A stretch of 64,000 nucleotides of DNA from Podarcis vaucheri (lineage: Eukaryota), in NCBI GenBank assembly GCA_965113315.1, contig OZ220373.1; one strand, given 5' to 3'. This document shows, in pieces, positions 11,805 through 33,906 of this stretch (position 1 is the stretch's first letter; every line of letters starts with the position of its first letter). Both the position numbers and the translations under genes were made by a program. The notes beneath the pieces were generated by a model. It worked only from the letters and a program-made list of their open reading frames with translations, did not search any database and was not told the origin of the DNA.

Positions 11805-11935
11805 TTTATTTGCCATGTACACACCTATGTCGGTTGCCAGCAGGTCACTATCGCAGCGAGCACTATGGCGACAAGACTTCTTTACATGGAACTTTTAATG
11901 AGATCTGTACATTCAACTCACACATACCTTTTATT
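11805..11935 (-). terminator. ATP5F1A polyadenylation signal candidates (AATAAA at 11930-11935 and 11805-11810)
   Basis: tttatt on the + strand about 85 and 210 nt past the stop codon. Confidence 0.6.
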
Positions 11936-12018
11936 AAGCCTCTGGTAAAAAAATGGAACCAGAGTGCTACCACCGTTCAGTGACAAAATTTGCCTTGTAT
12001 AGAGAACTGTCAAAGAGT

Positions 12019-20710
<8,692 letters not shown>

Positions 20711-20956
20711 CGCGGCGGGAGAGGGCGGCGGAGAACCAAGGGAGAGAAGGAGACGCCGCTACTGCCGCTGCCGCTTCTTCTTGCTTCTCTTGCAGCCGCC
20801 TCACGTCAGGGACCCGCGGACAAAATGGCCGCCACGCAGCGCCGCCCCCTTTTTGCCGGAAGAGGCCACGCCCCCTTTCCTTCAGCCTGGCGGAGAGGAG
20901 AAAGTCATGACCCGGAAGCGCTTCTGCTGCCTTTCGCCACCTTTTACCTCAGTTCA

Positions 20957-21038
<82 letters not shown>
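20957..21038. repeat. (AAT)n microsatellite
   Basis: About 27 perfect units next to an assembly gap. Confidence 0.98.
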
Positions 21039-21052
21039 GATTTTATTATTAC

Positions 21053-21189
21053 NNNNNNNNNNNNNNNNNNNNNNNNNNNNNNNNNNNNNNNNNNNNNNNN
21101 NNNNNNNNNNNNNNNNNNNNNNNNNNNNNNNNNNNNNNNNNNNNNNNNNNNNNNNNNNNNNNNNNNNNNNNNNNNNNNNNNNNNNNNNN
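21053..21189. other. Assembly gap (N run)
   Basis: Ns. Confidence 1.
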
Positions 21190-21229
21190 TTTATCTTCAG
21201 TTATGCCTGAAATTTCTCTTCATGTGTGC

Positions 21230-21780
21230 GTTTAAGGGGGAGAGAGCGCTGTTGGACTCCAACTCCCAGAGGTCCCCCTCCGACACGGCCGGTTGCTAGG
21301 CATGCTGGGAGTTGGAGTCCAGTCGGGTCGTCTGGCGTCCCGACGGTCTCCCTCGCGAGAGCAGACCACGCCCACCCAGACGCGAAGGTCGTCCAAGGGG
21401 GAGGCGCGATCCAAACGGACTAACCCCACCCCTTTGGTGTAAACTGCCGGCGAAGGGGGCGTGTCCGACGCCCTGACCACGCCCCTTCCAAACTGCCCCG
21501 GATCCACGTGGCTCGCTGCTCAGTGCTGTGTTGTCAGCTGCACTGGAGCAGCCGCTTGATTTGAGCCTCTGCACAATAACCCTGGTTTCCCTCTGCCTTG
21601 CATGATCAGGGCTTTTGCCTTAGTGAGCGAAGCTCCTCTGAGCATGTGCAGAGTGCTTATCGCTCCTGACACTAAAATCGCTGCGCTCCGAATCCCAAAT
21701 GCCTGAGAATAACCCCATTTCAAGTCATTGGAAGTTACTCCTGAGTAAACGCGGCCAGGACGTCGGCCCTCATTGCCAGT
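21230..21780. promoter_or_regulatory. Upstream CpG-rich segment between ATP5F1A and HAUS1
   Basis: CpG-rich. Inverted SBS/ZNF143-like pair at 21253-21321, E-box CACGTG at 21505-21510, GC-box-like motifs. Confidence 0.5.
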
Positions 21781-22334
21781 TACCTATTTCTTAGGGAGGG
21801 AGGGAGGGAGGGAGGGAGGACGGGTGCGTTTTCTGTTTATAATAATATTTGGAAAAACACATTAAGTAGGCACACCTCAAATGCGACAAAAATATATTCT
21901 CTTCATAATACTGTTACGTACTACGGTATGTATTACTGTGCGTTTATTCAGTAAACCACCCTCGGATGGATGATGATAATAAAATAATAATTCGTAATAA
22001 TAATATTGAAAAGATAGGCATCTTCAATAAATATGATGGAAGCACTGTATAAGCACGCACCTTTTGTTATTTGTTTTTCAAAAGAAACATGTAAAGTTTG
22101 GGATTCCCCATCCGACAAGGCCCCCTCCTCACCCTCTAAGCACAGGTTGCTATGGGAAAACGTTCCAGAGTTCCGGGTGCGAGTCCAGCAGGTGCCCAAT
22201 GTACATGACGTTCTGCTGAGTGTGCGATAAGAGAGTACCACAGTGCAGCGGTGCAATAGTGCTGCAATATATTTGTTCCACTGTGGACCATGAAATTCTT
22301 GATGCACCAGTTCGATAGCGGCCTTTGTCTTATC

Positions 22335-23853
22335 CATGGGTAGGCAAACTAAGGCCCGGGGGCCAGGTCTGGCCCAATCACCTTCTAAATCCAGCCCGCG
22401 GACAGTCCAGGAATCAGGGTGTTTTTACATGAGTAGAATGTGTCCTTCTTTTTAAAAATGCATCTCTGAGTTATTTGTGGGGTCTGCCTGGTGTTTTTAC
22501 AAGAGTAGAATGTGTGCTTTTATTTAAAATGCATTTCTGGGTTATTTGTGGGGCATAGGAATTTGTTCACCCCCCCCCCCCCGTTGCAGGAATTTATGTA
22601 TAGGTTGGGGGAAGTTGCCCCTCCAGCAGATATCATGCACATGCAGCCCACTACCAAAACCAGCACAATCACTTTTGTGACTTTTGTGATTTGTCCCCAC
22701 AAAACACTTCATCACAGTTGCTTCCTATCTATTCAAAGGGCCTTTGCTCCTCAATACCAAATGTAACAATTCACTGATAAATGTATCTATGTAGTGGTTC
22801 ACTGGGAAAACTTCAGAAATTCATATGGACATGTGAGCACAGCTACTCAGCAGCCCCTCTGCCTGAGTGATAATCCCTGGCATCCAGCTACCCAAGTGCC
22901 AGACAGGTAGCCATTCCAGAAATAAACCCAGATGAAGACAAAAGGGTGTGATTAACTTGGCTGGGAAACAGGGAAATGTAAATATCTTTTTGTTACACTT
23001 GATGGGTGTTTGGTGGAGGGCAAGGGGGAACCAAGGGGCAGGGTCCAGGATGCTCAGATTCCTGCCACCAGACCCCCCCCCTTTCATGATGTAACCATGA
23101 TGTAGTTTTGACAACAAAGGTCCGTATAGTTAAAGCCATGGTTTTCCCAGTAGTGATGTATGGAAGTGAGAGCTGGACCATAAAGAAGGCTGATCGCCAA
23201 AGAATTGATGCTTTTGAATTATGGTGCTGGAGGAGACTCTTGAGAGTTCCATGGACTGCAAGATCATCAAACCTGTCCATTCTTAAGGAAATCAGCCCCG
23301 AGTGCTCACTGGAAGGACAGGTCCTGAAGCTGAGGCTCCAATACTTTGGCCACCTCATGAGAAGAGAAGACTCCCTCGAAAAGACCCTGATGTTGGGAAA
23401 GATGGAGGGCACAAGGAGAAGGGGACGACAGAGGACGAGATGGTTGGACCGTGTTCTCGAAGCTACGAACATGAGTTTGACCAAACTGCGGGAGGCAGTG
23501 GACGACAGAAGTGCCTGGCGTGCTCTGGTCCATGGGGTCACGAAGAGTCGGACACGACTAAACGACTAAACAACAACATGGGGATTAGCAGCTAATAAAA
23601 GTTTAGGGGCTCTTTTGTACAGGGTTTCCATCTTGTTCCACCTGGTGGCAGGTGGGAGTCCTGTCGCGACAGTCTTCAATAAAGACCAAGCCTACTGGCT
23701 GCTGTTTTGCTCTGGTATTCCTGTCCTTGTTTTTTGTCCAAGGGAGCGCTCAGATTTCTCCGTTAACACCCCCCTTCAAAATATAGCCCGGCCCGCGACA
23801 AGGTCTGAGGGACAGTGGACCGGCCCCTTGCTGAAAAAGTTTGCTGACCCCTG
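22335..23853. mobile_element. hAT-Charlie-type non-autonomous element with a nested BovB fragment
   Basis: Ends CATGGGTAGGCAAACTAAGGCCCG and AAAAAGTTTGCTGACCCCTG; shares segments with 26777-27221 and 35553-35848. Confidence 0.65.
23108..23577 (+). mobile_element. BovB (RTE) LINE 3' fragment
   Basis: TKVRIVKAMVFPVVMYGSESWTIKK...GVTKSRTRLND*, (CAA)n tail. Confidence 0.95.
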
Positions 23854-23899
23854 ATTTATCTCTGCGCGGATAGATCTATGCACGGATATCTATGCATTT

Positions 23900-24420
23900 T
23901 CCCATTGACTAGCAATGCGGCTGCCTTTGCTCTTCCGCCCCCCCCCCCGGCTTTTCCCGGCCCCTTCCCGGGTGATCCAAGGTCGCTCGTCCTTCCCTAA
24001 GCAGCTTCCTCCCCCCTTGCGCGCCCTTGAGCTCTGCAGCCGGGCGGAGGGAGTTACAGCGCCTCCCCAGCATGGGCTGGGCTTTAATTCTTAGGCTAGG
24101 CCCCCTGCGAACTACAACTCCCAAGAGGCACATCGCCCGGTGACGCCATCGTTCCGCGACGGGGGGAGTCGCCGAGGAAGAGCGACGCGGGAGGTTTGCA
24201 ATGCAAGAGGAGCTGGCAGGGATGGAGGCGAAGCTGGAGAAGGTGAGCGGCTGTGGAAGCGACCCGCCCCGCCCCCCCGGATCTTTCCTGCAGATGGGAA
24301 GGGCGAATTGAAGAGCGAGAAGGCAGTGCTGCAGGAGAGTAAAGGGCGAGTGGTCAGGGGAAAGCCGAGCAAACGAGGATTTTTTTTACTAAGCAGTAGA
24401 AGCGCCCACCTTAATAACAC
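23900..24420 (+). promoter_or_regulatory. HAUS1 CpG-island promoter with ZNF143/SBS-type motif
   Basis: GC-rich; GAACTACAACTCCCAAGAGGCA at 24109-24130 lies just upstream of exon 1. Confidence 0.75.
24201..24242 (+). CDS. HAUS1: HAUS1 coding exon 1 (MQEELAGMEAKLEK); alternative in-frame ATG at 24222
   Basis: Donor AAG|GTGAGC; phase 0 matches exon 2. Confidence 0.85.
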
Positions 24421-27235
24421 GGGGGGGGGTTGTTGTTTAGTCGTTTAGTCGTGTCCCGACTCTTCGTGACCCCCTGGACCAGAGCACGCCAGGCACTCCT
24501 GTCTTCCACTGCCTCCCGCAGTTTGGTCAGGCTCATGTTAGTAGCTTCAAGAACACTATCTCGTCTTCTGTCATCCCCTTCTCCTTGGGCCCTCCATCTT
24601 TCCCAACATCAGGGTCTTTTCCAGGGAGTCTTCTCTTCTCATGAGGTGGCCAAAGTCTTGGAGCCTCAGCTTCACGATCTGTCCTTCCAGTGAGCGCTCA
24701 GGGCTGATTTCCTTCAGAATGGAGAGGTTTGATCTTCTTGCAGTCCATGGCACTCTCAAGAGTCTCCTCTAGCGCCATAATTCAAATGCATCAATTCTTC
24801 AGCGATCAGCCTTCTTGATGGTCCAGCTCTCACTTCCATACATCACTACTGGGAAAACCATGGCTTTAACTATACGGACCTTTGTTGGCAAGGTGCCGGA
24901 TTTACTTATAAGCTAAACAAGCTATAGCTTAGGGCCCCATTCTCTTGGGGGCCCCAAAAAAATTTAAAGGGAAAAAACCTGGATGTACATTTCCAAAATA
25001 TAAGATGAAAAACAAATAAAATAAAACCTACATACAGCAACTGTGTTTTCTGTTGTGTAGGCTCCTGTGATGTAAATAATGGGCCCAGCCTGCTAGCCTG
25101 CTCCCTAAAATAATCACTGGTTTGCTCATGTCTATATATAGGGTGCCTACATTTTGCTGTTTATAATTATTAGCAGTTTGCATCGTATATTTGCACCTAT
25201 TACTATTTCATATTATAGCAAGTTTCTGGAGACTAGATTATGAGTCTTTGTAAAGTGTGTTGCTAAAGAAAATTTTGTTATTGCCAAATGCCAATGTGTT
25301 TGCATTATTAAGTTTGTTATGAGTAAAAAAATAATTTTAAGTTAGAGCTTAATAATTATTTCACTATTACAGTGGTACCTCGGGTTACATACGCTTCAGG
25401 TTACAGACACTTCAGGTTACAGACGCTTCAGGTTACAGACTCTGCTAACCCAGTAATATTACCTCAGGTTAAGAGCTTTGCTTCAGGAGGAGAACAGAAA
25501 TCGTACAGCGACGGCGCAGCTGCAGCAGGAGGCCCCATTAGCTAAAGTGGTGCTTCAGGTTAAGAACAGTTTCACTTTAAGAATGGACCTCCGGAATGAA
25601 TTGAGTACTTAACCCGAGGTACCACTGTAATCTACTTCTTAATTGTATTTGAGTTCAACAATTACTTTGACAAAAGGCATATTTTGTTATGTCCAAATGG
25701 CTTTAGATACCTATTAGGTCCATAAATTACCATGTAGCATATATTCAACACAAAAAAGCGACAGTTTTGTGGTTGACAAAGGACAGCTGGACTTATAAAG
25801 AGCCCCATTGCCTTCAGTAGCTTAGGACGTCATCAAACCTACATCCAACCCTGCATGGGGGGGGAGGGCATTTCAGAGAGTAGGGGCCACCCCAGAGAAG
25901 GCCCTGCTGCCAGATGACACTCAGGAGGTCTTGTCTTTATCAGCAAGGCCTCTTCTGGTGATCTTGATGATCTACACGCCTGTATAAGGAAAGGCGGTCC
26001 TTTAACATCCTAGCCACCAGCAATGTTTAACCTTAGGTAAAGATAAAGGACCCCTGATAGTTCAATCGCGAGTGACTCTGAGGTTGCGGCATTCATCTCG
26101 CTTTACTGGCCGAGGGAGCCAGCGTTTGTCCACAGACAATTTTTCCAGGTCATGTGGCCAGCATGACCGAGCCGCTTCTGGCGAACCACAGCAGCGCACG
26201 GAAACACCGTTTACCTTTCCACCGGAGCAGTACCTATTTATCTACTTGCACTGTGCTTTTGAACTGCTAGGTTGGCAGGAGCTGGGACCGAGCAACGGGA
26301 GCTCACCCTGTCGCGGGGATTCGAACCGCCAACCTTCTGATCGGCAAGCCCAAGAGGCTCAGTGGTTTAGACCACAGCGCCACCAGTGTCCCACGTTTAT
26401 CCTTACAGTATTATATTATAATAATTAAATAACTGCAGCATCTTTTATAATGATGCAAGGCTGTAAATAACAACAAAAACAACAGTAATACAAATAAGTC
26501 ATTCGTCCTTGGTTTCTTCCCATTTTTCCCGTTAGGTTGCTTCGTGGCTGAAGAAGACCTTTGGGGATCAGTCCATCCCTCCATACGAAGCCGATGCGCG
26601 GACGGTGGATATTTTGTACGAGCTGGCAGAGTGCAATGAGTCCAGGGATGGGGACGTCCGCCTGTTAATCGAGGACATGAAGCAGAAGGCGGTAGAGTAC
26701 GAATCTGACGGTGAGACTGAAAGCTTAAATTCGAAGTTGCGGCGGGTAGCTGTTTCTTAAAACACATACTTTGGTACAGGGGTCAGCAAACTTTTTCAGC
26801 AGGGGGCCGGTCCACTGTCCCTCAGACCTTGGGGGGGACTATATATTTTTTTATTTAAAAAAATGACAGAAGAGTACCACGAGCCCTGGTGGCTGCTTAC
26901 CTGTGTCTTGCGAGTAGCAGGGGCTAGCGGCGGCGGAGAAATGATGAGTGGTGTGTGAAAGGGCTCCAGAGAGGGGCTGCTTAAAATGGCGGCCACTCAA
27001 GTGCTGCTGCTGGCACCAACAAAACCCAGCCCCCTTCCTCCTCTAGGCAAGGCGGGGAGAAGCCAGGAGGAGGGAGGGAGGAGGCACCGCCGCCGTGGGA
27101 GGGAGAGGGAAAGAACGTGTGCACTGGCAATCCATGCAGGGATTCCCTGACCATCCACGGGCCGGATCCAGAAGGCAATTGGGCCTTATCCAGCCCGTGC
27201 GTCTTAGCTTGCCTACTTATGCTTTAGAATAGTAA

Positions 27236-27267
<32 letters not shown>

Positions 27268-30200
27268 ATAATAATAATAATTTATTATTTATACCCCGCC
27301 CATCTGGCTGGGTTTCCCCAGCCACTCTGGGCGGCTTCCAACAGAACACTAAAATAAAATAACCCAACACTAAAATACAATAACCTCTCTCCTCCTTATT
27401 ATAGTTCTTTAAAACTGTACGTCAGGGATGGCCAACTCTCCTCAGTCCCAGCCAGCATGTCCCAAAGATTGGGGACTATAGGAGTTTGGAGTCCCAACAA
27501 CATCTGCAGGGCACTATATTGGCTATTCCTGTTGCACACAACAACTGTCTTAGGTGTAGTCTCTCCTCCAGTCAAGGCACCAATTTTTGAACTACCCAGA
27601 GTTCCTCTCTTCTGTGGCCTGCTTCATAGAAATGTGTTTTTTAATATATATATATATTTCCCCCCAGGCACCTACCTACAGGACCTTCTGACCGAGAGTC
27701 TGAATCTTTCTTTCAGCAACATGTCTAAGGGCAGCACCAGCTATCTGAACACATTGGTAGACACAGCTTTAGCCCTTGAAACAAAGGACACTTCCCTTGC
27801 AAGGTAATGTGTGCCTTTGGTTTTCTCTGTTATTGGATAAGCTTCTTTTGGGTGTTCAGTCTCATGCTCGATTTGCATGAAGAAGCGCTGCAGTTTCATG
27901 AACTTTTAGTGCCTTTTGCAACTACAGTCTTGCTGAGAGAGGGATATGAGAGAGAATCATGTCCTGTTTTTGTCTGAATGGTTTGTCTGTTTTTACAATC
28001 GGAATTGTTTTAGCCTGTGTTTATATCATATAGTTGCACACGGCAACCTGGGAGCTTACAGTGAAGGGCGGGTAAGAAATTCTAAAAATAAACAGAACAA
28101 ATAAATCTTCTACTACTCTGGAATGGGTTGTTTATACAAGCAGTTCAAGGCTGCAATTAGAAATACGCTTACTAGGGTGTAAGCCTCATTCCACCTTCCT
28201 GTGAATGAACTTTTTACAGACAGTGCGCTTTCATGAATGGATGGTCCAAAAAATAATAATCTTAAATCCTTTTAAAAAAAAATTGGTGTGTGTCCTGTGT
28301 TGTTATTAAAAGCTCATTCACCTGTTGGTGTAATGAATTTGTTTAAGAAATAAAATCTATTAATTGCGTATTTAATTGTATATACTTAATTAAATATATT
28401 GTGTATATTAAATAATATTGAATACAGTCATACATCGGGTTGAACATGCTTCAGGTTGAGCGCTTTCGGGTTGCGCTCCGCGGCAACCTGGAAGTAATGG
28501 AGCGTGTTATTTCCGGGTTTCGCCACTCGCGCATGCGCAGACGCTCAAAATTATGTCATGCACATGCGAGGAAGCGGCAAAACTCAACCTGCACACGCAC
28601 AGACGCACCATCGTGTCTTACGTTCTATTCAGGCTGCGAACGGGGCTCCAGAGTGGATCCTGTTCGCATCCCGAGGTACCACTGTACAGTGGTACCTCAG
28701 GTTACATACGTTTCAGGTTACATATGCTTCAGGCTACAGACTCCGCTAACCCAGAAATAGTGCTTCAGGTTAAGAACTTTGCTTCAGGATGAGAACAGAA
28801 ATCGTGCAGCAGCAAGAGGCCCCATTAGCTAAAGTGGTGCTTCAGGTTAAGAACAGTTTCAGCTTGAGAACGGACCTCTGGAACGAATTAAGTACTTAAC
28901 CTGAGGTACCACTGTATTAATTTACAATATGAAAATTTAATTTATTGTGTGGCCCATGAGTTCTGTGTTGCCATACTCTAGAGGGTCTTATTAGCAGTTT
29001 GTGTGAATGAGCCAAAAAGGTAAGTGGGGAGAGGGCCACAGCTTTGTGGAAGAGCATCTCCTTTGCATGCATAAGTTCCCAAGTCCAATCCTCACCACTT
29101 CCAGATAGGGCTGGGAATGTGCGCAGCCAGGACTCGTGCAGAGCTTCTGTCAGCTGGTGTAGACAACACTGAGCTAGATGGGTCCAATTGCAGCTTGCCA
29201 AGTCCTTCCTTGATGCACATAGGTGGCTGGTAGCTGAGCTTCTCCTTGCAGCCCTGAAATCCGGATACTGTTTGTTTGGTTGTTGTTGTTTTAAAAAATA
29301 ATTGTCATTACCAATTGTTTCTAGCTTCATTCCTGCTATCAATGATTTGACTTCAGAGCTGGATGCCGCAGAGTCCAAAAACAAAGAGATGGAGCTGGAA
29401 CTGAGCACTTTGAGGAAAAAGCTCACCTCGGCGCTGGTGCTGGAAAAACGGCTTCAAGAGTAAGAGCTGGACAGAAGTTTCCTTTATGCTTTAATTTTCT
29501 CCAGTGAGCTCAGCAGCTTCAGTAGGGATGCCGACACACTGGCAGCCAGCCAGTTAACAGCGTGGTGTTTTTTTATCTGTTAGCAGTTGAATTGCATCAT
29601 GTGCCTTTTGATCTCCTGACTTCTCCTCTTCCTCCTCCTCCTCCCTCTATATTTATTTATACCCCACCTTTTGCCAGTGAAGGTGGCTTGCAGATAAAAT
29701 AAGAATAGCTAAAAACTTAGGGGGGGGAAACCATTACAAAGCAATTAAGCATTAATAGAATGAAAACAGTACAGTCGTACCTTGGATCTCAAACGCCTTG
29801 GCTCCTGAACAAATTGGCTCCCGAATGATCAAAACCCGGAAGTGAGTGTTCCGATTTTCAAACGTTCTTTTGGAAGCCAAACGTCTGATGGGGATTCCGC
29901 GGCTTCTGATTCGCTGCAGTAAAGGGTCTTAAGCATATAACTTAATAAACATATAACATAATACAGTGGTACCTCGGGTTACATACGCTTCAGGTTACAG
30001 ACTCCGCTAACCCAGAAATAGTACCTCGGGTTAAGAGCTTTGCTTCGGGATGAGAACGGAAATCGTGCTCTGGTGGCGCAGCGGCAGCAGGAGGCCCCGT
30101 TAGCTAAAGTGGTGCTTCAGGTTAAGAGCAGTTTCAGGTTAAGAACAGACCTCCGGAAGGAATTAAGTACTTAACCCAAGGTACCACTGTAGAAGCCCTC

Positions 30201-33200
30201 CAGATGTCCACACAAAATTGATGTCTATATGAAAAAAGTTCAAATGTAGCTGGTGCTGTTAGGTGCACAGACCGTTGTTTTTAATGGGCAGTGGGTATTT
30301 ATCCTTCCAGGATCTTAAGTCTAAGCTTCTTAGCAACCACAGGGAATCGCTAGGTCCACTTCTGTTGACTTGCTGTTAACCTCCATACTGCAGGATTTTA
30401 TGAACATTTACATTTGGTTTTACATTTGGCCACCAAACCTGAGGTCTCCCCACAACTGCCTTCAGGGAAAATATTCCATATTGCAGTCCTTGTTGTGCCT
30501 CTGCAAATCCCAGTCTCATGGCAGGCAGGTTTGCCAGGGTACGTTTGGGTCTTTTACTTGAATTTTGTTAACTGCATTGGAAATGTCAGCTGCTATAGCG
30601 TGAGCCTTTATTTTCCCCTTTCCTTCTCGCCTTCCGAAAGAGAAACCTTCCTTATTGCAAAATGCACATGCTTTGTGATCCTGATGACTCAGCTAACCAC
30701 AATCCGAATACTATGGGGCATTAGGGGGTTGGGTAGGGTTCACCCCAGGGTTGTAGATTCCAGATCCTACTAGCCCTGTTCAATGGAAGTTGTACATGGA
30801 GTTTCTTGAGCTGTTCTGCGAGCAGACAAGCAGTTTGGTTTCTGGCCTCCTTGGAGATGATGTAGGCATTTAGCAAAGGAGTTCTGCCACTGATAAGAAG
30901 TCTTTGCTGTTTTTGTTGTTGTAGTGACCTTAAGAAAACCGAAGAACTACTGGTAGTGGAAAAAGCGAAAGCTGATAACCGGACCCAGAACATGAAGTTC
31001 CTGAAGGACAAAGTGGAAGATTTCAAATTCAGAATCAAGGCAGCAGAGGTTAACACAAAGAACCCTTTATTGGTGTTGCTGTAGGGGAGACTCACTGAAA
31101 TAGGAAGCTTGCTTTTACTAATGCTTTCTATAGTGCTATCTTTGCAGCTTTGCAGAGTGGAGTAATAAAAGCCCCTGCCCCAAGGAGCTTGCAATCTGAA
31201 TTTGTCAGAGGGGGAGGCAGATGGAGAGGTGTGGGTAACAAAGGAAGAATGGCTGCCTCTGAAGATGGTTCAAAAGCTCCACCTGGTGCAGAATTTGGCG
31301 GCCGTTTAGCTCACCGGGTTTAGCAAGACGGTTTGAGCATATAATGCTAATCCTGGTTTGACTGCACGGGCTGTCAATTAGCTTCTGGGCCCCATACAAA
31401 ATAATGTTTTTGACCTATAAAGCCTCAGACAGCTTAGGACCGCAATACCTCAAAGAATGCTTCTCCCCATATAAACCCTGAGATCATCCTCTGAGCCTTT
31501 TCTGTGTGTGCCTCCTGCCTTTGAGGTCCAGAGGGTGGTAGCATGAGAAGGGGCACGATTTCTGTTCTCATTCTGAAGCAAAGTTCTTAACTCGAGGTAC
31601 TATTTCTGGGTTAGCGGAGTCTGTAACCTGAAGCGTCTGTAACCCGAGGTACCACTGTACTCTTGAACCAGGCCTCGAAGGGCTGATTAAAATTCCACTG
31701 CCTTTTAAATGTGTTGGGGAGGGGGTTATTGTTTCATTGTTTTCATTTTAACTATTTGTGCTTGTACAGTATACAGCGGTACCTTGTACAGTGGTACCTC
31801 TGGATGTGAACGGGATCCATTCCGGAGCCCCGTTCGCATACTGAGTAGAACGTAACACGCGTGTGCAGGTCACGTTTTACTGCTTCTGTGCATGCGCGTG
31901 ATGTCATTTTGAGCGTCTGCGCATGCGCGAGCGGCAAAACCCGGAAGCAGCGCGTTCCGTTACTTCTGGGTCACCGCGGAGTGTAACCTGAAAACGTTCA
32001 ACCTGAAGCATATTTAACCCGAGGTATGACTGTATTTTTATCTTCTGAACTGCCCTGAGATCTTGTGATGAAGGGCGCTACAATCATACCTTGCTACCCA
32101 AACGCCTTGGTACTCTGACGTTTCGGCTCCCAAACGCCGCAAACCCGGAAGTGAGTGTTTCGGTTTGCGAACGTTCTTTGGAACCCGAACGGCCGCCGGG
32201 GCTTCCATGGCTTCCAATTGGCTGTGGGAGCTTCCTGCAGCCAACCAGAAGCCGCGCCTCGGTTTCCGAACGTTTTGGAAGTCGGACAGACTTCTGGAAC
32301 GGATTCTATTTGACTTCCGAGGTACCACTGTATATCAATTTAATAAATAATAAAATGATGATAATTTAGCTCAGTGGGGGAGCGCCTGGCTTCCATGCGA
32401 AAGGTCTCAAATTCAACCCCTGGCATGTCCAAGTAGGACTGTGAAAGTCTCCTGTCAGTGTAGACTATACTGAATTAGGAGGACCAACAATTAGGAGGAA
32501 GACTCAGTGCAAAGCATATGTTCATGAAGCAGAATGGCATTTTTGCTATTTTTAATTATATGGGAACTAGCAAAATGACGTTTTCATCTCTGTCTTTTTC
32601 CTGAGGGTAATCCTGCAATGCATACCGTCTGTTTTCATTGCTGAACAGAAGTCATTGCTTGTCCCCTTATCCTGGGTTTCTTTCTTTGTATCTCTTGGCA
32701 GGAACAATTATCTATGTGTGGGATGGATGCTTCACTGACTCACGAGTCTCTGGTGAATCTCTCAGAGGTGGGTGTTCCGCCTTGAGTGCTGACGGTGTTT
32801 GAAAATGACACACGCTGGTTGGCATTCAACCTGGATGATAGGCAGGAAATGCCATTTACCCAGATGGCAGTTGGCTGTGAGCTTGCTAGAGATGGTGAGA
32901 TCGGCTCCAAATGCCTCTGTGATGCGTGTTTCAGAGAATGCAAAGGGATTCACATTTGACATCAAACGGCGGGCCCCTAGTGCTAACTGAAATACTGCAA
33001 GAGATAAATAATAATAATAATAACCTATTACTTATACCCCGCCCATCTGAGTTCTTGACACACAAGCTATGAAAAACACAAACAAATATAGGGTGTTTTG
33101 TATTGGGAGGTGGGAAGCCATAGGCTGTAATTGTAAATAATAATCATACTGTTGTCAACATCTTCATTCATTCATTCCCCGCCCATCTGGCTGGGTTTCC

Positions 33201-33855
33201 CCAGCCATTCCGGGCGTCTCCTATTCCCATTTCATCTAATTTCTTCTGCCTGTCCTCCACCCCTCCTGCAATTTCAATACAGATTAAGACGGGGGATTTT
33301 GGCCACTTAGATATTGCTAGACTACATTTCTCACCAGCCCTGATAAGAAACTCTGAACCAAACTCTTCAGTCCATTCTTCCCAAAATATGGAAATTAAGT
33401 GTGTAGATAAAAAAGGTAAAGGACCCCTGACAGTTCAGTCCAGTCATGAACGACTCTGGGGTTGTGGCGCTCATCTCGCTTTACTGGCCCAGGGAGCGGA
33501 CGTTTGTCCGCAGACAGTTTTTCCGGGTCATGTGGCCAGCATGACTAAGCCGCTTCTGGCGAACCAGAGCAGCACACGGAAACGCCGTTTACCTTCCTGC
33601 CAGAGCAGTACCTATTTATCTACTTGCACTTTGACGTGCTTTTGAACTGCTAGGTTGGCAGGAGCAGGGACTGAGCAATGGGAGCTTATCCCGTCGCGGG
33701 GATTCGAACCACCAACCTTCTGATCGGCAAGCCCTAGGCTCAGTAGTTTAGACCTGCGTCTCATGTGTAGATAGGCATGCATATTTTGCTGATGGCTTTG
33801 AAGTGTCGTTTATTGCAGATCGTGAGGCTAAAAAGCACCCACCCAAACCCTGCAT

Positions 33856-33906
<51 letters not shown>

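Noticed and set aside
22993-23595. ORFs of 153-182 aa (also 37594-38014 and 24430-24759)
   Set aside because: Truncated BovB reverse-transcriptase C-terminus and its antisense frames, not host genes.
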